DNA from: Angustibacter luteus
GTDB taxonomy: Bacteria > Actinomycetota > Actinomycetes > Actinomycetales > Angustibacteraceae
Direction of reading: 5' to 3'
NCBI RefSeq assembly: GCF_039541115.1
Contig: NZ_BAABFP010000002.1
Location: forward strand, 930,001-994,000
DNA: 64,000 bases
In this document: positions 17,824 through 40,962 of the stretch, piece by piece
How the letters are laid out: each line of letters begins with the position of its first letter
Position numbering within the stretch: position 1 is the stretch's first letter
Notes under the pieces: model-generated
The model's database searches: none
The model's input: the letters and a program-made list of their open reading frames with translations, nothing else
Told to the model about the DNA's origin: nothing
Translations under genes and position numbers: made by a program

Positions 17824-18006
17824 TCAGTCGACCTCCTGGTACGTCACGAGATGAGCCACCGTGGCGATCATGCCGCGGATCTCGGGACGGTCCTCCTTGA
17901 CGACGACGTCGCCGATTCGCTTGAGACCCAGCGTGCGCAGGGTCTCTCTCTGGTTCTGCTTGCCACCGATCGTGGACCGGGTCTGGGTCACCTTGAGGCG
18001 GGCCAT
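17824..18006 (-). CDS. rpmD: 50S ribosomal protein L30
   Basis: [11 protein letters not shown]...LRTLGLKRI. Confidence 0.97.
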   Translation of the reverse strand: MARLKVTQTRSTIGGKQNQRETLRTLGLKRIGDVVVKEDRPEIRGMIATVAHLVTYQEVD

Positions 18007-18632
18007 CAGGCACCCATCCCAGCGGCCCGGGCCCGCAGCATCGCGGCGGGGGCCACGTGCTCGAGCGGCAGCCCACGGCGGGCGGCCACGGCCTCGGGGC
18101 GCTCAAGGCCCTTCAGCGCGGCCACGGTGGCGTGGACGATGTTGATCGGGTTGTCCGAGCCGAGCGACTTGCTGAGCACGTCGTGGATGCCGGCGCACTC
18201 CAGGACGGCGCGCACCGGACCACCGGCGATGACACCGGTACCCGGGGCCGCCGGACGGAGCAGGACGACACCGGCCGAGGCCTCACCCGTGATGGGGTGC
18301 GGGATGGTGCCCTGGATGCGGGGGACCTTGAAGAACGCCTTCTTGGCTTCCTCAACGCCCTTCGCGATCGCGGCGGGCACCTCCTTGGCCTTGCCGTAGC
18401 CGACGCCCACGGTGCCGTCGCCGTCGCCCACCACGACCAGCGCGGTGAAGCTGAAGCGGCGGCCACCCTTGACGACCTTGGCCACGCGGTTGATCGTCAC
18501 GACGCGCTCGACGTAGACGTTCTTCTCGCCGGAGTCGCGACCACCGCGGCCGCCACCGTCACGACGGTCACGACGCTCGTTGCCACCGGCACCGGCACCG
18601 GCACCGGTTCCACGGCGCTGGGGTCCAGGCAT
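18006..18632 (-). CDS. rpsE: 30S ribosomal protein S5
   Basis: [19 protein letters not shown] at 18632. Confidence 0.98.
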   Translation of the reverse strand: MPGPQRRGTGAGAGAGGNERRDRRDGGGRGGRDSGEKNVYVERVVTINRVAKVVKGGRRFSFTALVVVGDGDGTVGVGYGKAKEVPAAIAKGVEEAKKAFFKVPRIQGTIPHPITGEASAGVVLLRPAAPGTGVIAGGPVRAVLECAGIHDVLSKSLGSDNPINIVHATVAALKGLERPEAVAARRGLPLEHVAPAAMLRARAAGMGA

Positions 18633-18687
18633 CAGACGTTCCTCTTCTCTGCGACTACGGAGTTGGCCTCGAGGGCGTTGGTCGGCA

Positions 18688-19062
18688 TCACAGCGCCAGG
18701 CCCCCCTCGCGGGCGCCGTCGGCGATCGCCGCGACCCGGCCGTGGTACTTGTTGCCGGCGCGGTCGAACACGACGGACTCGACACCCGCGCTCTTCGCAC
18801 GGTCGGCCAGCAGCTCGCCGACCTTGCGGGCCTTCGCGGTCTTGTCGCCGTCCAGGGCGCGCACGTCCGGCTCCATGGTGGACGCCGACGCCAGGGTCAC
18901 GCCCTGGGTGTCGTCGACCACCTGCACGAAGACGTGCCGGGTGGAGCGGGAGACGACCAGGCGAGGACGCGCTGCCGTGCCGGAGATCTTCTTGCGGACC
19001 CGCAGGTGACGACGGCCACGTGCGGCCACCTTGCCCTTGGCCCGCTTGACGGTCACTGCCAT
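18688..19062 (-). CDS. rplR: 50S ribosomal protein L18
   Basis: RPRLVVSRS...[14 protein letters not shown]. Confidence 0.98.
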   Translation of the reverse strand: MAVTVKRAKGKVAARGRRHLRVRKKISGTAARPRLVVSRSTRHVFVQVVDDTQGVTLASASTMEPDVRALDGDKTAKARKVGELLADRAKSAGVESVVFDRAGNKYHGRVAAIADGAREGGLAL

Positions 19063-19065
19063 GAC

Positions 19066-19605
19066 TTACTTCCCAGCCTTTCCGACCTTGCGGCGGATGT
19101 GCTCGCCGGCGTACCGCACGCCCTTGCCCTTGTACGGGTCAGGCTTGCGCAGCTTGCGGATGTTGGCGGCGACCTCGCCGACCTGCTGCTTGTCGATGCC
19201 CTGGACGCTGAGGCGCAGCGGGCCGTCGGTGGTGAAGCTGATCCCCGCGGGGGCCTTCACCGTGATGGAGTGGCTGTAGCCGAGCGCGAACTCGAGGTCG
19301 GAGCCCTTGGCCACCACGCGGTAGCCGGTGCCGACGATCTCGAGCTTCTTCTCGTAGCCGTTCGTGACGCCCTCGACCATGTTGGCGATGAGCGTGCGGG
19401 TCAGGCCGTGCAGCGAGCGGTTGCGGCGCTCGTCGTCCGGGCGCGTGACGTTGATCGTGCCGTCGTCGTCGCGAGCGACGACGATCGGCGTGGCCACGGT
19501 GTGCGACAGGGAGCCCTTGGGGCCCTTGACGTGCACGTCCTGACCGTCGATGGTCACCTCGACGCCCGAAGGCACGGTGACAGGGAGTCGACCGATGCGA
19601 GACAT
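19066..19605 (-). CDS. rplF: 50S ribosomal protein L6
   Basis: MSRIGRLP...[11 protein letters not shown]. Confidence 0.98.
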   Translation of the reverse strand: MSRIGRLPVTVPSGVEVTIDGQDVHVKGPKGSLSHTVATPIVVARDDDGTINVTRPDDERRNRSLHGLTRTLIANMVEGVTNGYEKKLEIVGTGYRVVAKGSDLEFALGYSHSITVKAPAGISFTTDGPLRLSVQGIDKQQVGEVAANIRKLRKPDPYKGKGVRYAGEHIRRKVGKAGK

Positions 19606-19617
19606 GGTTTCCCTCCC

Positions 19618-20013
19618 TTACCAGACGTAGGCGAGGACTTCCCCACCCACGCCCTTCTGAGTCGCCTGACGGTCGGTGAGCAGACCCGAGGACGTCGACA
19701 GGATCGCGACGCCCAGGCCGCCGAGCACCTTCGGCAGGTTGGTGGACTTGGCGTAGACCCGCAGGCCGGGCTTCGACACGCGGCGGATGCCGGCGATCGA
19801 GCGCTCGCGGCTCGGGCCGTACTTGAGCTCGATCACGAGCTTCTTGCCCACCTCGGCGTCCTCGACGGCCCAGGAGGAGATGTACCCCTCGGCCTCCAGG
19901 ATCTCGGCGATGTGGGACTTCAGCTTGCTGAACGGCATGGCCACGGAGTCGTGGTACGCCGAGTTGGCGTTCCGCAGACGCGTGAGCATGTCTGCGATGG
20001 GGTCGGTCATCAT
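19618..20013 (-). CDS. rpsH: 30S ribosomal protein S8
   Basis: [13 protein letters not shown]...SKPGLRVY. Confidence 0.98.
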   Translation of the reverse strand: MMTDPIADMLTRLRNANSAYHDSVAMPFSKLKSHIAEILEAEGYISSWAVEDAEVGKKLVIELKYGPSRERSIAGIRRVSKPGLRVYAKSTNLPKVLGGLGVAILSTSSGLLTDRQATQKGVGGEVLAYVW

Positions 20014-20081
20014 CGGGCTTTCCTGCCCTTCCTCACCGTGGTTTCACGAGCCGACGTGGCTCAGGACCTGCGGTGTAGTGG

Positions 20082-20267
20082 TTACCAGCTGCTCTTGGTG
20101 ACGCCCGGCAGCTCGCCGCGGTGTGCCATCTCGCGAAGGCAGATGCGGCAGAGGCCGAACTTGCGGTACACGGAGTGCGGACGGCCGCACCGCTGGCACC
20201 GGGTGTAGCCACGGACCTTGAACTTGGGCTTGGCCGCGGCCTTGTTGACTAGGGACGTCTTCGCCAC
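20082..20267 (-). CDS. rpsN: 30S ribosomal protein S14 (Zn-binding type Z)
   Basis: 61 aa; CQRCGR...LCRIC. Confidence 0.97.
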   Translation of the reverse strand: MAKTSLVNKAAAKPKFKVRGYTRCQRCGRPHSVYRKFGLCRICLREMAHRGELPGVTKSSW

Positions 20268-20268
20268 G

Positions 20269-20838
20269 TCAGTTCTCCTTGAACGGGAAGCCGAGCTGCT
20301 TCAGCAGCGCCCGACCCTCGTCGTCGTTGTTCGCGGTCGTCACGACCGTGATGTCCATGCCGCGCACGCGGTCGATCCGGTCCTGGTCGATCTCGTGGAA
20401 CATCGACTGCTCGTTGAGACCGAAGGTGTAGTTGCCGTTCCCGTCGAACTGCTTCGGCGACAGGCCGCGGAAGTCACGGATGCGGGGCAGCGCCGTGGAC
20501 ACCAGACGGTCCAGGAACTCCCACATCCGGTCGCCGCGCAGCGTGGTGTGCGCGCCGATCGGCATGCCCTCACGGAGCTTGAACTGCGCGATGGACTTGC
20601 GGGCCTTGGTCACGACCGGCTTCTGACCGGTGATCGCGGTGAGGTCCTTGACCGCACCCTCGATCAGCTTCGAGTCGCGAGCCGCCTCGCCGACGCCCAT
20701 GTTGACGACGACCTTGACGACGCCGGGCACCTGCATGACGTTCCCGAAACCGAACTGCTCGGTCAGGTTCGCGATGATCTCGTCGCGGTACTTCTGCTTC
20801 AGCCGCGGCAGCGCGCGGGCCTCAGTGGTGGCAGTCAT
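20269..20838 (-). CDS. rplE: 50S ribosomal protein L5
   Basis: VVNMGVGEA...LPRIRDFRG. Confidence 0.98.
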   Translation of the reverse strand: MTATTEARALPRLKQKYRDEIIANLTEQFGFGNVMQVPGVVKVVVNMGVGEAARDSKLIEGAVKDLTAITGQKPVVTKARKSIAQFKLREGMPIGAHTTLRGDRMWEFLDRLVSTALPRIRDFRGLSPKQFDGNGNYTFGLNEQSMFHEIDQDRIDRVRGMDITVVTTANNDDEGRALLKQLGFPFKEN

Positions 20839-21203
20839 CAGACGTCCTTCCCCGACCGCTTGGCCACGCGCACGCGGACGGTGCGCTCGCGGCCGTCACG
20901 CTCGACGGTCTCGGTGCGGTACCCGACCCGGGTGCGCTTCTTGGTCTCGGGGTCGACCAGCTGGACGTTGCTGATGTGCAGCGCCGCCTCCTGGGTGATG
21001 ATCCCGCCGGTCTTGGCGCCACGGCCGGACGTGCCGACCTTGGTGTGCCGCTTGACCTGGCGAACGCCCTCGACGAGCACCCGCTGGCGCTCGACGTCGA
21101 CGCTGATCACCTTGCCCTGCTTGCCGCGGTCGCCGCCGTTCTTCTGCGAGCGACCGGTGATGACCTCGACGAGGTCACCCTTCTTGATCTTCATCTTCGC
21201 CAT
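20838..21203 (-). CDS. rplX: 50S ribosomal protein L24
   Basis: [15 protein letters not shown] motif; LHISNV. Confidence 0.97.
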   Translation of the reverse strand: MAKMKIKKGDLVEVITGRSQKNGGDRGKQGKVISVDVERQRVLVEGVRQVKRHTKVGTSGRGAKTGGIITQEAALHISNVQLVDPETKKRTRVGYRTETVERDGRERTVRVRVAKRSGKDV

Positions 21204-21205
21204 GG

Positions 21206-21574
21206 TCAGAGCACCTCCGGCGCAAGGGACACGATCTTCATGAACTTCTTGTCGCGCAGCTCGCGACCGACCGGCCCGAAGATGCGCGTCCCGCGCGGGT
21301 CGCCGTCGCCCTTGAGGATGACGGCTGCGTTCTCGTCGAAGCGGATGTATGAACCGTCCGGCCGCCGGCGCTCCTTGCTGGTGCGCACGATGACCGCCTT
21401 GACGACGTCGCCCTTCTTGACGTTGCCGCCGGGGATGGCGTCCTTGACGGTGGCGACGATGACGTCACCGATACCCGCGTAGCGCCGACCCGAGCCACCG
21501 AGAACGCGGATGCACAGGATCTGCTTGGCACCCGTGTTGTCGGCGACCTTGAGTCGCGACTCCTGCTGGATCAC
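21206..21574 (-). CDS. rplN: 50S ribosomal protein L14
   Basis: [16 protein letters not shown]...SLAPEVL. Confidence 0.98.
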   Translation of the reverse strand: MIQQESRLKVADNTGAKQILCIRVLGGSGRRYAGIGDVIVATVKDAIPGGNVKKGDVVKAVIVRTSKERRRPDGSYIRFDENAAVILKGDGDPRGTRIFGPVGRELRDKKFMKIVSLAPEVL

Positions 21575-21635
21575 TACTAACTCCTGTCGTCGCGCTGGTT
21601 CTCGCAGTACGAGCCTTGCGGAACTGGTGTTGGGA

Positions 21636-21938
21636 CTACTTGGCCTTCTCGAGGATCTCCACGACGCGCCAGCGCTTGGTGGCTGACAGCGGGCGGGTCT
21701 CCATGATCACCACGAGGTCGCCAGCGCCGGCCGAGTTGTCCTCGTCGTGCGCCTTGACCTTGCTGGTGCGTCGCAGGACCTTGCCGTAGAGCGCGTGCTT
21801 GACGCGGTCCTCGACCTCGACCACGACGGTCTTGTCCATCTTGTCGCTCACCACGTAACCACGGCGGGTCTTGCGGTTCGCGCGGTCGACGGTCTCGGTG
21901 CTGGTGCTCACGGTGTCCTTCTCGTTCTTCTCACTCAT
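21636..21938 (-). CDS. rpsQ: 30S ribosomal protein S17
   Basis: [14 protein letters not shown]...[11 protein letters not shown]. Confidence 0.98.
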   Translation of the reverse strand: MSEKNEKDTVSTSTETVDRANRKTRRGYVVSDKMDKTVVVEVEDRVKHALYGKVLRRTSKVKAHDEDNSAGAGDLVVIMETRPLSATKRWRVVEILEKAK

Positions 21939-22174
21939 GCCTGGCCCTCCGAACGGGTCCGGATGCCGAGCTCGTACTCGCGCAGCACCGTGTAGATGCG
22001 GGCGATGTCACGACGGACGGCGCGCAGCCGACCGTGGCTCTCGAGCTGGCCGGTGGCCGACTGGAAGCGCAGGTTGAACAGCTCTTCCTTGGCCTTGCGC
22101 AGCTCTTCGACGAGGCGCTCCTCGGTCATCTCGGCCAGGGCCGAGGTGGTGAGGTCCTTGGAACCAACGGACAT
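21935..22174 (-). CDS. rpmC: 50S ribosomal protein L29
   Basis: [10 protein letters not shown]...RRDIARIYT. Confidence 0.97.
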   Translation of the reverse strand: MSVGSKDLTTSALAEMTEERLVEELRKAKEELFNLRFQSATGQLESHGRLRAVRRDIARIYTVLREYELGIRTRSEGQA

Positions 22175-22593
22175 CAGAGGTCACCGCCTTCACGCCGCAC
22201 GAAGCGGCACTTCATGGGGAGCTTGTGCATCGCACGCAGCATGGCCTCGCGGGCGATGGGCTCCGGGACGCCGGACAGCTCGAACATCACGCGTCCGGGC
22301 TTGACGTTGGCGATCCACCACTCCGGCGAACCCTTACCGGAACCCATGCGGGTCTCGGCAGGCTTCTTGGTCAGCGGACGGTCCGGGTAGATGTTGATCC
22401 ACACCTTGCCGCCACGCTTGATGTGCCGGGTCATGGCGATACGCGCGGACTCGATCTGCCGGTTGGTGACGTAGGCGGGCTCGAGAGCCTGGATGCCGTA
22501 GTCGCCGAAGGCGATCGTGGTGCCGCCCTTGGCAGCGCCCGAGCGACCCGGGTGGTGCTGCTTGCGGTGCTTCACACGACGAGGGATCAGCAT
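22174..22593 (-). CDS. rplP: 50S ribosomal protein L16
   Basis: [13 protein letters not shown]...ETRMGSGKG. Confidence 0.98.
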   Translation of the reverse strand: MLIPRRVKHRKQHHPGRSGAAKGGTTIAFGDYGIQALEPAYVTNRQIESARIAMTRHIKRGGKVWINIYPDRPLTKKPAETRMGSGKGSPEWWIANVKPGRVMFELSGVPEPIAREAMLRAMHKLPMKCRFVRREGGDL

Positions 22594-22596
22594 GCC

Positions 22597-23424
22597 TCAG
22601 CCCTCCGTTGCCGGGGTAGCGGCGGCCTCGGCCGCCGGAGCGGTCTCGGTGCCGGCCGGCGCGTCGGCGCGAGCGCCACGGGTCGGACGGTCACCACGGG
22701 CGCCACGAGCCGGACGGTCGCTGCGGTCGCTGCGCGGGCCACGGGGCGCCCGCGGCGCAGCGGCCTGCTGCTGCGCGAGCTCCTTGGCCGTGACGTCGCC
22801 CTTGTAGATCCACACCTTGACGCCGATGCGACCGAACGTCGTCCGGGCCTCGTACAGGCCGTAGTCGATGTTGGCGCGCAGCGTGTGCAGCGGGACGCGA
22901 CCCTCGCGGTAGAACTCCGAGCGCGACATCTCGGCGCCACCGAGGCGGCCCGAGCACTGCACCCGGATGCCCTTGGCACCGGCGCGCAGCGAGCTCTGCA
23001 TGCCCTTGCGCATCGCGCGTCGGAACGACACGCGGGCGCTGAGCTGCTCGGCGATGCCCTGGGCGACCAACTGCGCGTCGATCTCGGGGTTCTTGACCTC
23101 GAGGATGTTCAGCTGGACCTGCTTGCCCGTGAGCTTCTCGAGCTCGCCGCGGATGCGGTCGGCCTCCGCGCCGCGACGGCCGATGACGATGCCCGGCCGG
23201 GCGGTGTGGATGTCGACGCGGACGCGGTCACGCGTGCGCTCGATCTCGACCTTGGAGATGCCGGCCCGCTCCATGCCCGTGGACATGAGCTTGCGGATCG
23301 CGACGTCTTCCTTCACGTAGTCGCGGTAGCGCTGGCCCGGCTTGGTGCTGTCGGCGAACCAACGGCTCTTGTGGTCGGTGGTGATGCCGAGTCGGAACCC
23401 GTGCGGGTTGACCTTCTGTCCCAC
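22597..23424 (-). CDS. rpsC: 30S ribosomal protein S3
   Basis: [15 protein letters not shown] domain; [10 protein letters not shown]. Confidence 0.98.
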   Translation of the reverse strand: MGQKVNPHGFRLGITTDHKSRWFADSTKPGQRYRDYVKEDVAIRKLMSTGMERAGISKVEIERTRDRVRVDIHTARPGIVIGRRGAEADRIRGELEKLTGKQVQLNILEVKNPEIDAQLVAQGIAEQLSARVSFRRAMRKGMQSSLRAGAKGIRVQCSGRLGGAEMSRSEFYREGRVPLHTLRANIDYGLYEARTTFGRIGVKVWIYKGDVTAKELAQQQAAAPRAPRGPRSDRSDRPARGARGDRPTRGARADAPAGTETAPAAEAAATPATEG

Positions 23425-23825
23425 TAGCGGGTCCTCCCCTTCGTGGCGGCCTTCGTGCTCTGGCCGGTGGTGTCGGTGTCGACGGTGCCCACGACCACGG
23501 TGATGTGGCTCGTGCGCTTGCGGATCCGGTAGGCACGCCCCTGGGCGCGCGGCCGGAACCGCTTCATGGTCGGTCCTTCGTCGACGTACGCGGCCTGGAC
23601 GACCAGGTCACGCTCGTCGAAGGCCTCGGAGGCCTTGTCCGCCTTGACCCGCGCGTTCGCGACGGCGCTGAGCAGCACCTTGCGAATCGGCTCGCTGGCC
23701 GCCTGCGGAGCGAACTGCAGCACCGCGGAGGCCTGCGTCGCATCCTTGCCTCGAATGAGGGCGACGACGCGCCGGGCCTTCTGGGGCGTGACACGGACGT
23801 ACCGCGCCTGCGCCTTGGCTTCCAT
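23424..23825 (-). CDS. rplV: 50S ribosomal protein L22
   Basis: [18 protein letters not shown]...KRTSHIT. Confidence 0.98.
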   Translation of the reverse strand: MEAKAQARYVRVTPQKARRVVALIRGKDATQASAVLQFAPQAASEPIRKVLLSAVANARVKADKASEAFDERDLVVQAAYVDEGPTMKRFRPRAQGRAYRIRKRTSHITVVVGTVDTDTTGQSTKAATKGRTR

Positions 23826-23878
23826 TGCTGTCCCTTGTCTCTCGGTGAGTTTCGTTGTGTCCGGTGAGTGCCGGCGCG

Positions 23879-24160
23879 TCAGCGCCGGCGACCCTTGCGG
23901 TCGTCCTTCTCGTGCCCGCGGAAGGTGCGGGTCGGAGCGAACTCACCGAGCTTGTGGCCGACCATCGACTCGGTCACGAAGACCGGGACGTGCTTGCGGC
24001 CGTCGTGGACGGCGATCGTGTGACCGAGCATGTCCGGCACGATCATCGAGCGCCGGGACCAGGTCTTGATGACGTTCTTGGTCCCCTTCTCGTTCTGCAC
24101 GTCCACCTTCTTCTGCAGGTGGTCGTCGACGAAGGGGCCCTTCTTCAGACTACGAGGCAT
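23879..24160 (-). CDS. rpsS: 30S ribosomal protein S19
   Basis: [12 protein letters not shown]...[11 protein letters not shown]. Confidence 0.98.
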   Translation of the reverse strand: MPRSLKKGPFVDDHLQKKVDVQNEKGTKNVIKTWSRRSMIVPDMLGHTIAVHDGRKHVPVFVTESMVGHKLGEFAPTRTFRGHEKDDRKGRRR

Positions 24161-24173
24161 GTGTCAGGGCTCC

Positions 24174-25010
<837 letters not shown>

Positions 25011-25051
25011 AGCTCAAAGTCCTCTTCGAAGTTCTCTCGTCGGCAGCCCGG

Positions 25052-25363
25052 TCAGGAGACCGGACCCCCGAAGATGTCGATGGACCCCTCGCTCAGGGTC
25101 ACGATCGCCCGCTTGGTGTCCTTGCGCTTGCCCATGCCGAACCGCGTACGACGGGTCTTGCCCTTGCGGTTCAGCGTGTTGACCGACTTGACCTTGACGC
25201 CGAACACCTGCTCGACCGCGATCTTGATCTCGGTCTTGTTGGCGCGCGGGTCCACGACGAAGGTGTAGGCACCCTCGTCGAGCAGGCCGTAGCTCTTCTC
25301 GGACACCACGGGGGCGAGCAGGATGTCCCGCGGGTTCTTCTGCACGGTGTACTCGGTGCTCAC
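25052..25363 (-). CDS. rplW: 50S ribosomal protein L23
   Basis: PVVSEKS...[11 protein letters not shown]. Confidence 0.97.
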   Translation of the reverse strand: MSTEYTVQKNPRDILLAPVVSEKSYGLLDEGAYTFVVDPRANKTEIKIAVEQVFGVKVKSVNTLNRKGKTRRTRFGMGKRKDTKRAIVTLSEGSIDIFGGPVS

Positions 25364-26049
25364 TTCGCGGCCTCCTCGTCAGCAGCCTCGGACTCGGTCG
25401 CGACGGCCTTGGCGCTCTTGCCCTTGACGGGCCCGGCGACGAAGGCGTCGAACGCACCGGACGTGAAGACCACGTCGTCGGCGCACAGCACGTCGTAGGT
25501 GTTCAGCTGGTCGGGCACGATCACGTGCACGCGGTCGACGTTCGACAGGCTCTTCCAGCCCGTCACGTCGGCGCGCTCGACCACCACGAGCAGGTGCTTG
25601 CGGTCGGACACGGCGGCCAGGGCCGCGACAGCGCCCTTGGTCGACGGCGCGTCACCCTCGACGAGCGAGGAGAGCACGTGCACGCGGCCGTTGCGCGCCC
25701 GGTCGGACAGGGCCCCGCGCAGGGCGGCGACCTTCATCTTCTTCGGGGTGCGCTGGCTGTAGTCGCGCGGCTGCGGGCCGTGCACCACGCCACCGCCGGC
25801 GAACTGCGGCGCGCGGGTCGAGCCCTGGCGGGCGCGACCGGTGCCCTTCTGCCGGTACGGCTTGCGGCCACCGCCGCGAACCTCGCCGCGGGTCTTGGTG
25901 GAGTGCGTGCCCTGGCGGGCCGCGGCCTGCTGGGCCACCACGACCTGGTGGATCAGCGGCACGTTGGTCTGCACGTCGAAGATCTCGGCGGGCAGCTCGA
26001 CCGAACCGGAAGTCTCACCGGCCGGGGAGAGGACGTCGATCGTCGTCAT
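25360..26049 (-). CDS. rplD: 50S ribosomal protein L4
   Basis: [10 protein letters not shown]...[12 protein letters not shown]. Confidence 0.98.
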   Translation of the reverse strand: MTTIDVLSPAGETSGSVELPAEIFDVQTNVPLIHQVVVAQQAAARQGTHSTKTRGEVRGGGRKPYRQKGTGRARQGSTRAPQFAGGGVVHGPQPRDYSQRTPKKMKVAALRGALSDRARNGRVHVLSSLVEGDAPSTKGAVAALAAVSDRKHLLVVVERADVTGWKSLSNVDRVHVIVPDQLNTYDVLCADDVVFTSGAFDAFVAGPVKGKSAKAVATESEAADEEAAK

Positions 26050-26053
26050 GGCG

Positions 26054-26710
26054 TCAGGCCCCCTTCACAACGAGCTTGGCAGCGGTCTTGACCAGCACGA
26101 CGCCGCCCTTGGGGCCGGGAACGGCGCCCTTGATGAGCAGCAGGCCCTTGTCGGCGTCGATGGCGTGCACGGTCAGGTTCTGGGTGGTCTTGCGGACGTG
26201 GCCCATGCGGCCGGCCATCTTCAGACCCTTGAACACGCGGCCGGGCGTCGAGGCCCCGCCGATGGAACCGGGCTTGCGGTGGTTGCGGTGCGCACCGTGG
26301 GAGGCGCCGACGCCGTGGAAGCCGTGACGCTTCATGACACCGGCCGTGCCCTTGCCCTTCGTGGTGCCGACGACATCGACCTTCTGGCCGGCCTCGAACA
26401 CCTCGACGGTGAGCTCCTGCCCGAGGGCGTACTCACCGGCATCGGCGGTACGCAGCTCGACCAGGTGGCGACGCGGGGTGACACCGGCCTTCGCGAAGTG
26501 ACCGGCCATCGGCTGGTTCACCTTGCGAGGGTCGATCGCGCCGTACGCGATCTGGACGGCGTCGTAGCCGTCGCTGTCGGAGGTACGGACCTGGGTGACG
26601 ACGCACGGCCCGGCCTGGACGACGGTGACCGGAACCAGCCGGCCGTTCTCGTCCCAGACCTGGGTCATGCCGAGCTTCTCACCCAGGACGCCCTGAATCT
26701 GCTTGGTCAT
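26054..26710 (-). CDS. rplC: 50S ribosomal protein L3
   Basis: GEKLGMTQ...DGYDAVQ...[12 protein letters not shown]. Confidence 0.98.
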   Translation of the reverse strand: MTKQIQGVLGEKLGMTQVWDENGRLVPVTVVQAGPCVVTQVRTSDSDGYDAVQIAYGAIDPRKVNQPMAGHFAKAGVTPRRHLVELRTADAGEYALGQELTVEVFEAGQKVDVVGTTKGKGTAGVMKRHGFHGVGASHGAHRNHRKPGSIGGASTPGRVFKGLKMAGRMGHVRKTTQNLTVHAIDADKGLLLIKGAVPGPKGGVVLVKTAAKLVVKGA

Positions 26711-26721
26711 TGAAAGGTCCC

Positions 26722-27030
26722 TTAGAGCTTGATCTCGATGTTCACGTCCGCCGGCAGGTCGAGACGCATGAGCGAGTCGACAGCCTTGGGCGTGGGATCG
26801 ATGATGTCGATGAGGCGCTTGTGGGTGCGCATCTCGAAGTGCTCGCGGCTGTCCTTGTACTTGTGCGGCGAACGGATGACGCAGTAGACGTTCTTCTCCG
26901 TAGGCAGCGGCACCGGACCAACGACCGTCGCACCAGCGCGCGTCACCGTGTCGACGATCTTGCGCGCCGAGCTGTCGATGACCTCGTGGTCGTAGGACTT
27001 CAGCCGGATGCGGATCTTCTGTCCCGCCAT
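26722..27030 (-). CDS. rpsJ: 30S ribosomal protein S10
   Basis: [18 protein letters not shown] at 27030. Confidence 0.98.
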   Translation of the reverse strand: MAGQKIRIRLKSYDHEVIDSSARKIVDTVTRAGATVVGPVPLPTEKNVYCVIRSPHKYKDSREHFEMRTHKRLIDIIDPTPKAVDSLMRLDLPADVNIEIKL

Positions 27031-27416
27031 CGCTTCGGTTAACTCTCTCTCGCTGCTCGGTGTCCCGGTTCGGCGGTAGCCGCTCCGGGTGGCGACCTCG
27101 CCGACCCCCGAGGTCGGGCGTGTCGCGCTCGCGCCACGCGCCGAAGCTGACATCTTTCGATGCCGTCCTCGTCGGGTCTTCTTGGTCACCGGCCTGGGCC
27201 GGACGTCGACACGCCTTCCCCGCCGTGAGGCGGAGCGCCGAGGGCCGCCCACCGTGGTGGTCAGCCGCGCCGGGGCGCGTCGAGCAACTTGTCTATTGTG
27301 CCAGAGCGACCGGCCGCTTGGCGAATCCGCTCAGTGCGGCCGCCGTGCGCAGGTCCCCCGGCCATGCCGCGGGGCTCGGGCGGTGCGCCCGAGCCCCGTG
27401 GCCGGTGGTGCTGGTG

Positions 27417-28613
<1,197 letters not shown>

Positions 28614-28717
28614 TGTGGGTCCTCCTCAGGACTGGGTGTTGTTGCCGCGGTTCTGGGTGATGCGGCTGGTCTGTGTGGTCGTGCTCTGGTGGAACGAACT
28701 CGCTGGCCGGAGCCAGG

Positions 28718-30820
<2,103 letters not shown>

Positions 30821-30887
30821 GGTTTCCTGCCCGTCTACGTCGAGAGTGTTCTGGCGGTGGGGTGGGGGCCGGTCCGGCCCCCCGTCA

Positions 30888-31358
30888 TCACCAGCGGTAG
30901 TGCGCGAAGGCCTTGTTGGACTCGGCCATCTTGTGGGTGTCCTCGCGGCGCTTCACAGCGGCACCGAGGCCGTTGCTCGCGTCGAGGATCTCGTTCATGA
31001 GGCGCTCGGTCATGGTCTTCTCACGACGGTCGCGCGAGTAGTTCACGAGCCAGCGCAGCGCCAGGGTGGTCGAGCGGTTCGCCTTGACCTCGATCGGCAC
31101 CTGGTAGGTGGCACCACCGACGCGACGGCTCTTGACCTCGATCGCCGGCTTCACGTTGTCCAGGGCGCGCTTGAGCGTCACCACCGGGTCGGTGCCGGTC
31201 TTCTCCTGGGCGCCCGCGAGGGCGCCGTACACGATCCGCTCGGCAACGGACTTCTTGCCGTCGAGCAGGATCTTGTTGACCAGCTGGGTGACCAGCGGCG
31301 AGTTGTACACCGGGTCGACGACCAGCGGTCGCTTCGGGGCGGGACCCTTGCGGGGCAT
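30888..31358 (-). CDS. rpsG: 30S ribosomal protein S7
   Basis: MPRKGP...[11 protein letters not shown]...AFAHYRW. Confidence 0.98.
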   Translation of the reverse strand: MPRKGPAPKRPLVVDPVYNSPLVTQLVNKILLDGKKSVAERIVYGALAGAQEKTGTDPVVTLKRALDNVKPAIEVKSRRVGGATYQVPIEVKANRSTTLALRWLVNYSRDRREKTMTERLMNEILDASNGLGAAVKRREDTHKMAESNKAFAHYRW

Positions 31359-31732
31359 TAGCTCTTCTCCTTCTTGGCGCCGTACCGGCTGCGAGCCTGC
31401 TTGCGGCCGCGGACACCCTGGGTGTCGAGCGAGCCACGGACGATCTTGTAGCGGACGCCGGGAAGGTCCTTCACTCGGCCGCCGCGCACGAGCACGATCG
31501 AGTGCTCCTGCAGGTTGTGACCGACACCCGGGATGTACGCCGTGACCTCGATGCCGCTGGTCAGGCGGACGCGAGCCACCTTGCGCAGCGCCGAGTTCGG
31601 CTTCTTCGGGGTGGTCGTGTAGACGCGCGTGCACACGCCCCGCCGCTGCGGGCTCCCCTTGAGTGCGGGGGTCTTGGTCTTGGTGACCTTGTCCTGCCGG
31701 CCCTTTCGGACCAGCTGCTGGATCGTGGGCAC
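31358..31732 (-). CDS. rpsL: 30S ribosomal protein S12
   Basis: PTIQQLVR...[11 protein letters not shown]...RVKDLPGV. Confidence 0.99.
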   Translation of the reverse strand: MPTIQQLVRKGRQDKVTKTKTPALKGSPQRRGVCTRVYTTTPKKPNSALRKVARVRLTSGIEVTAYIPGVGHNLQEHSIVLVRGGRVKDLPGVRYKIVRGSLDTQGVRGRKQARSRYGAKKEKS

Positions 31733-31979
31733 TCTGTCTCCGTCTCTTGCGCGGTCGTGCTGTCAGTGATGGTTCGTGTCGTGGTGCGCTCCAGGACCCC
31801 GCCCTACGACCCCCGCGGTCGGGAGTGTCGGTCAGAGTCACCGCGCGATGTGCAACCGGTGCTCGCGCCACCCCCGACAGCCTGAGCGTCAGCGGGCGCG
31901 CACACCCAGGTCTCCCCGGGCACGGAGCACAACTTTACCCGCCTGTGCTCAGCCTGGTCAAAACGAGGCGGCCCGGACG

Positions 31980-32015
31980 CGGCGACTCCGCCCCGGCGAG
32001 GGGGCGGAGTCGCCG
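31980..32015 (-). terminator. Stem-loop after rpoC
   Basis: Perfect 15-bp inverted repeat CGGCGACTCCGCCCC/GGGGCGGAGTCGCCG. Confidence 0.7.
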
Positions 32016-32028
32016 TCCGAGCAGTCGA

Positions 32029-35901
<3,873 letters not shown>

Positions 35902-35967
35902 GTGTGTCCTTCTCTCAGTCTTCTCGGTCGATCGGGTCTGACGGTTGGTTGACGGCTAGCTGCTCCG

Positions 35968-39441
<3,474 letters not shown>

Positions 39442-39769
39442 GGAGGGTCCTTCCACGGGCCTTTGATGCGGTAAGTACGCACGCCGATCGACCCGGCGCT
39501 CGGACTGGCACGGAAGTGCTCATCCGATCGACGGGCATGGATACAGGCAGCGCAAAGCGCAAGCATACACGACGAAGCGCATGCAAGGAAACGCCCCTGT
39601 CAAGGTCACGATCGCCCGCACGAGACCCGGCTCTGCTACCGCTCAGAACCGCGCTGCTCGGGGCTGCTGTCGTGACGACAACGGTGCGCCATGAGGATGA
39701 CGCTCCCCGGCGCCCGCGTCAAGACTGCCGCCACCTACGGCGCGCCGCGACCCGACGTCCGGATGGCGG

Positions 39770-40444
39770 CTACAGGCCTCTGACCTGCGAGACCAGCCAC
39801 TGACCACCGCGATGGCTCATCGTCATCTCCACCCGGTTCTGATCCAACTGCGGGCGCTCCAGGCGGTTCGAGGTGGTGGTCTGGTTCACGAACAGGACCA
39901 CCACGACCTCGTCGCCCGTGGCCCGCACGACGCCGGTGGAGGCGACCTGCGCGACCACGGTGGCCTTGGTCTGGGTGGCCACCTGCTTGACCGCCTGGCT
40001 GGTGGTCTTCGCGTACTGGTCGCGGAAGGCGCCGGTGGTCCTGGCCCGGCCGGCCGCGAAGTCGGCGTCCAGGTGCCGGTAGTCGTAGCTGAGCACCTTC
40101 GTCGCGGCCGTCGCGGCCGCTCGGGTGGCCGCGCCACGGGCGTCGTCCACCGCCTGGGCCCGGCGATCGAGCACGACCAGCGCGCCGACGCCGACCAGCG
40201 CCACGACCAGCAGCCCGGCGAGGACGCCCAGCAGCCACACCGGCACCGCCCGTCCCCCGCTGGTGACGCGGTCGCGTGGCCCCGGTGCGGGCTGAGGGGA
40301 CGAGAGCGCGTCACGAGTGCGAGCAGGGCGCGGCCGGGGTTGGGGCTGGGGCTGGGCCTGGGGCTGGGGGTGCGGCTGGGGGCGGCGGGTGCGCTCCCCA
40401 GCCACTCGGCGGCGGGCGGTGGGCGGTCGTCGTACGTCGGTCAT
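39770..40444 (-). CDS. Mce-associated membrane protein (Mas-like)
   Basis: Single TM helix; LSYDYR..DADF and VLFVNQTT motifs; last gene of mce operon. Confidence 0.85.
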   Translation of the reverse strand: MTDVRRPPTARRRVAGERTRRPQPHPQPQAQPQPQPRPRPARTRDALSSPQPAPGPRDRVTSGGRAVPVWLLGVLAGLLVVALVGVGALVVLDRRAQAVDDARGAATRAAATAATKVLSYDYRHLDADFAAGRARTTGAFRDQYAKTTSQAVKQVATQTKATVVAQVASTGVVRATGDEVVVVLFVNQTTTSNRLERPQLDQNRVEMTMSHRGGQWLVSQVRGL

Positions 40445-40458
40445 CGTCGTCTCCTCCG

Positions 40459-40962
40459 TCAGGCCACGAACTGCAGCTGGTTGGCGAGCCAGCGGTCACC
40501 GGACCGGCTCAGGTCGACCTGGATGCGGTAGTGCCGGGGCACCGCGGTCGTGGCCGAGGTGTTGGTCACGTCGGCGTCCACGACGAGCAGCACGCGGGCG
40601 CTGTCGGCGTCGCTGGAGACCAGCCCGGCGGACAGCACCTTGCCCTTGCTGACCGCCTTGTTGCTGGTCACGAGCTTCTTGAGCTGCGCGGACTGGGCCG
40701 CGAACTCCTTCTTGAACGTGCCCGTCGCATCGGCCAGCACGCGGTTCGAGTCCCGGTCGAAGGTCCGGTAGTCCAGGGTCGTGAAGTTGACGCCGAGCTG
40801 GCCGGCAGCGGCGACCGCGTCCGCGCCGCGGGCGTCGGTGCGCCGGTCGTCCAGCACACGACGTCCGACGAACGCACCGGCGGCGACGGTCACCAGCAGC
40901 AGGGCCGCCAGGCCGAGCGCGAGGCCGCGGCGCAGCCGCGGGGTCAGCGGGACAAGGGTCAT
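40459..40962 (-). CDS. Mce-associated membrane protein (Mas-like)
   Basis: TM helix then TLDYR..D..RVLADATGTF; ATGA overlap with mceF stop. Confidence 0.85.
   Translation of the reverse strand: MTLVPLTPRLRRGLALGLAALLLVTVAAGAFVGRRVLDDRRTDARGADAVAAAGQLGVNFTTLDYRTFDRDSNRVLADATGTFKKEFAAQSAQLKKLVTSNKAVSKGKVLSAGLVSSDADSARVLLVVDADVTNTSATTAVPRHYRIQVDLSRSGDRWLANQLQFVA

Noticed and set aside
40330..40385. GGCTGG-type short tandem repeat
   Set aside because: It encodes a Pro-Gln low-complexity N-terminal linker of the Mas-like protein; it is not a CRISPR or a clear phase-variation tract.
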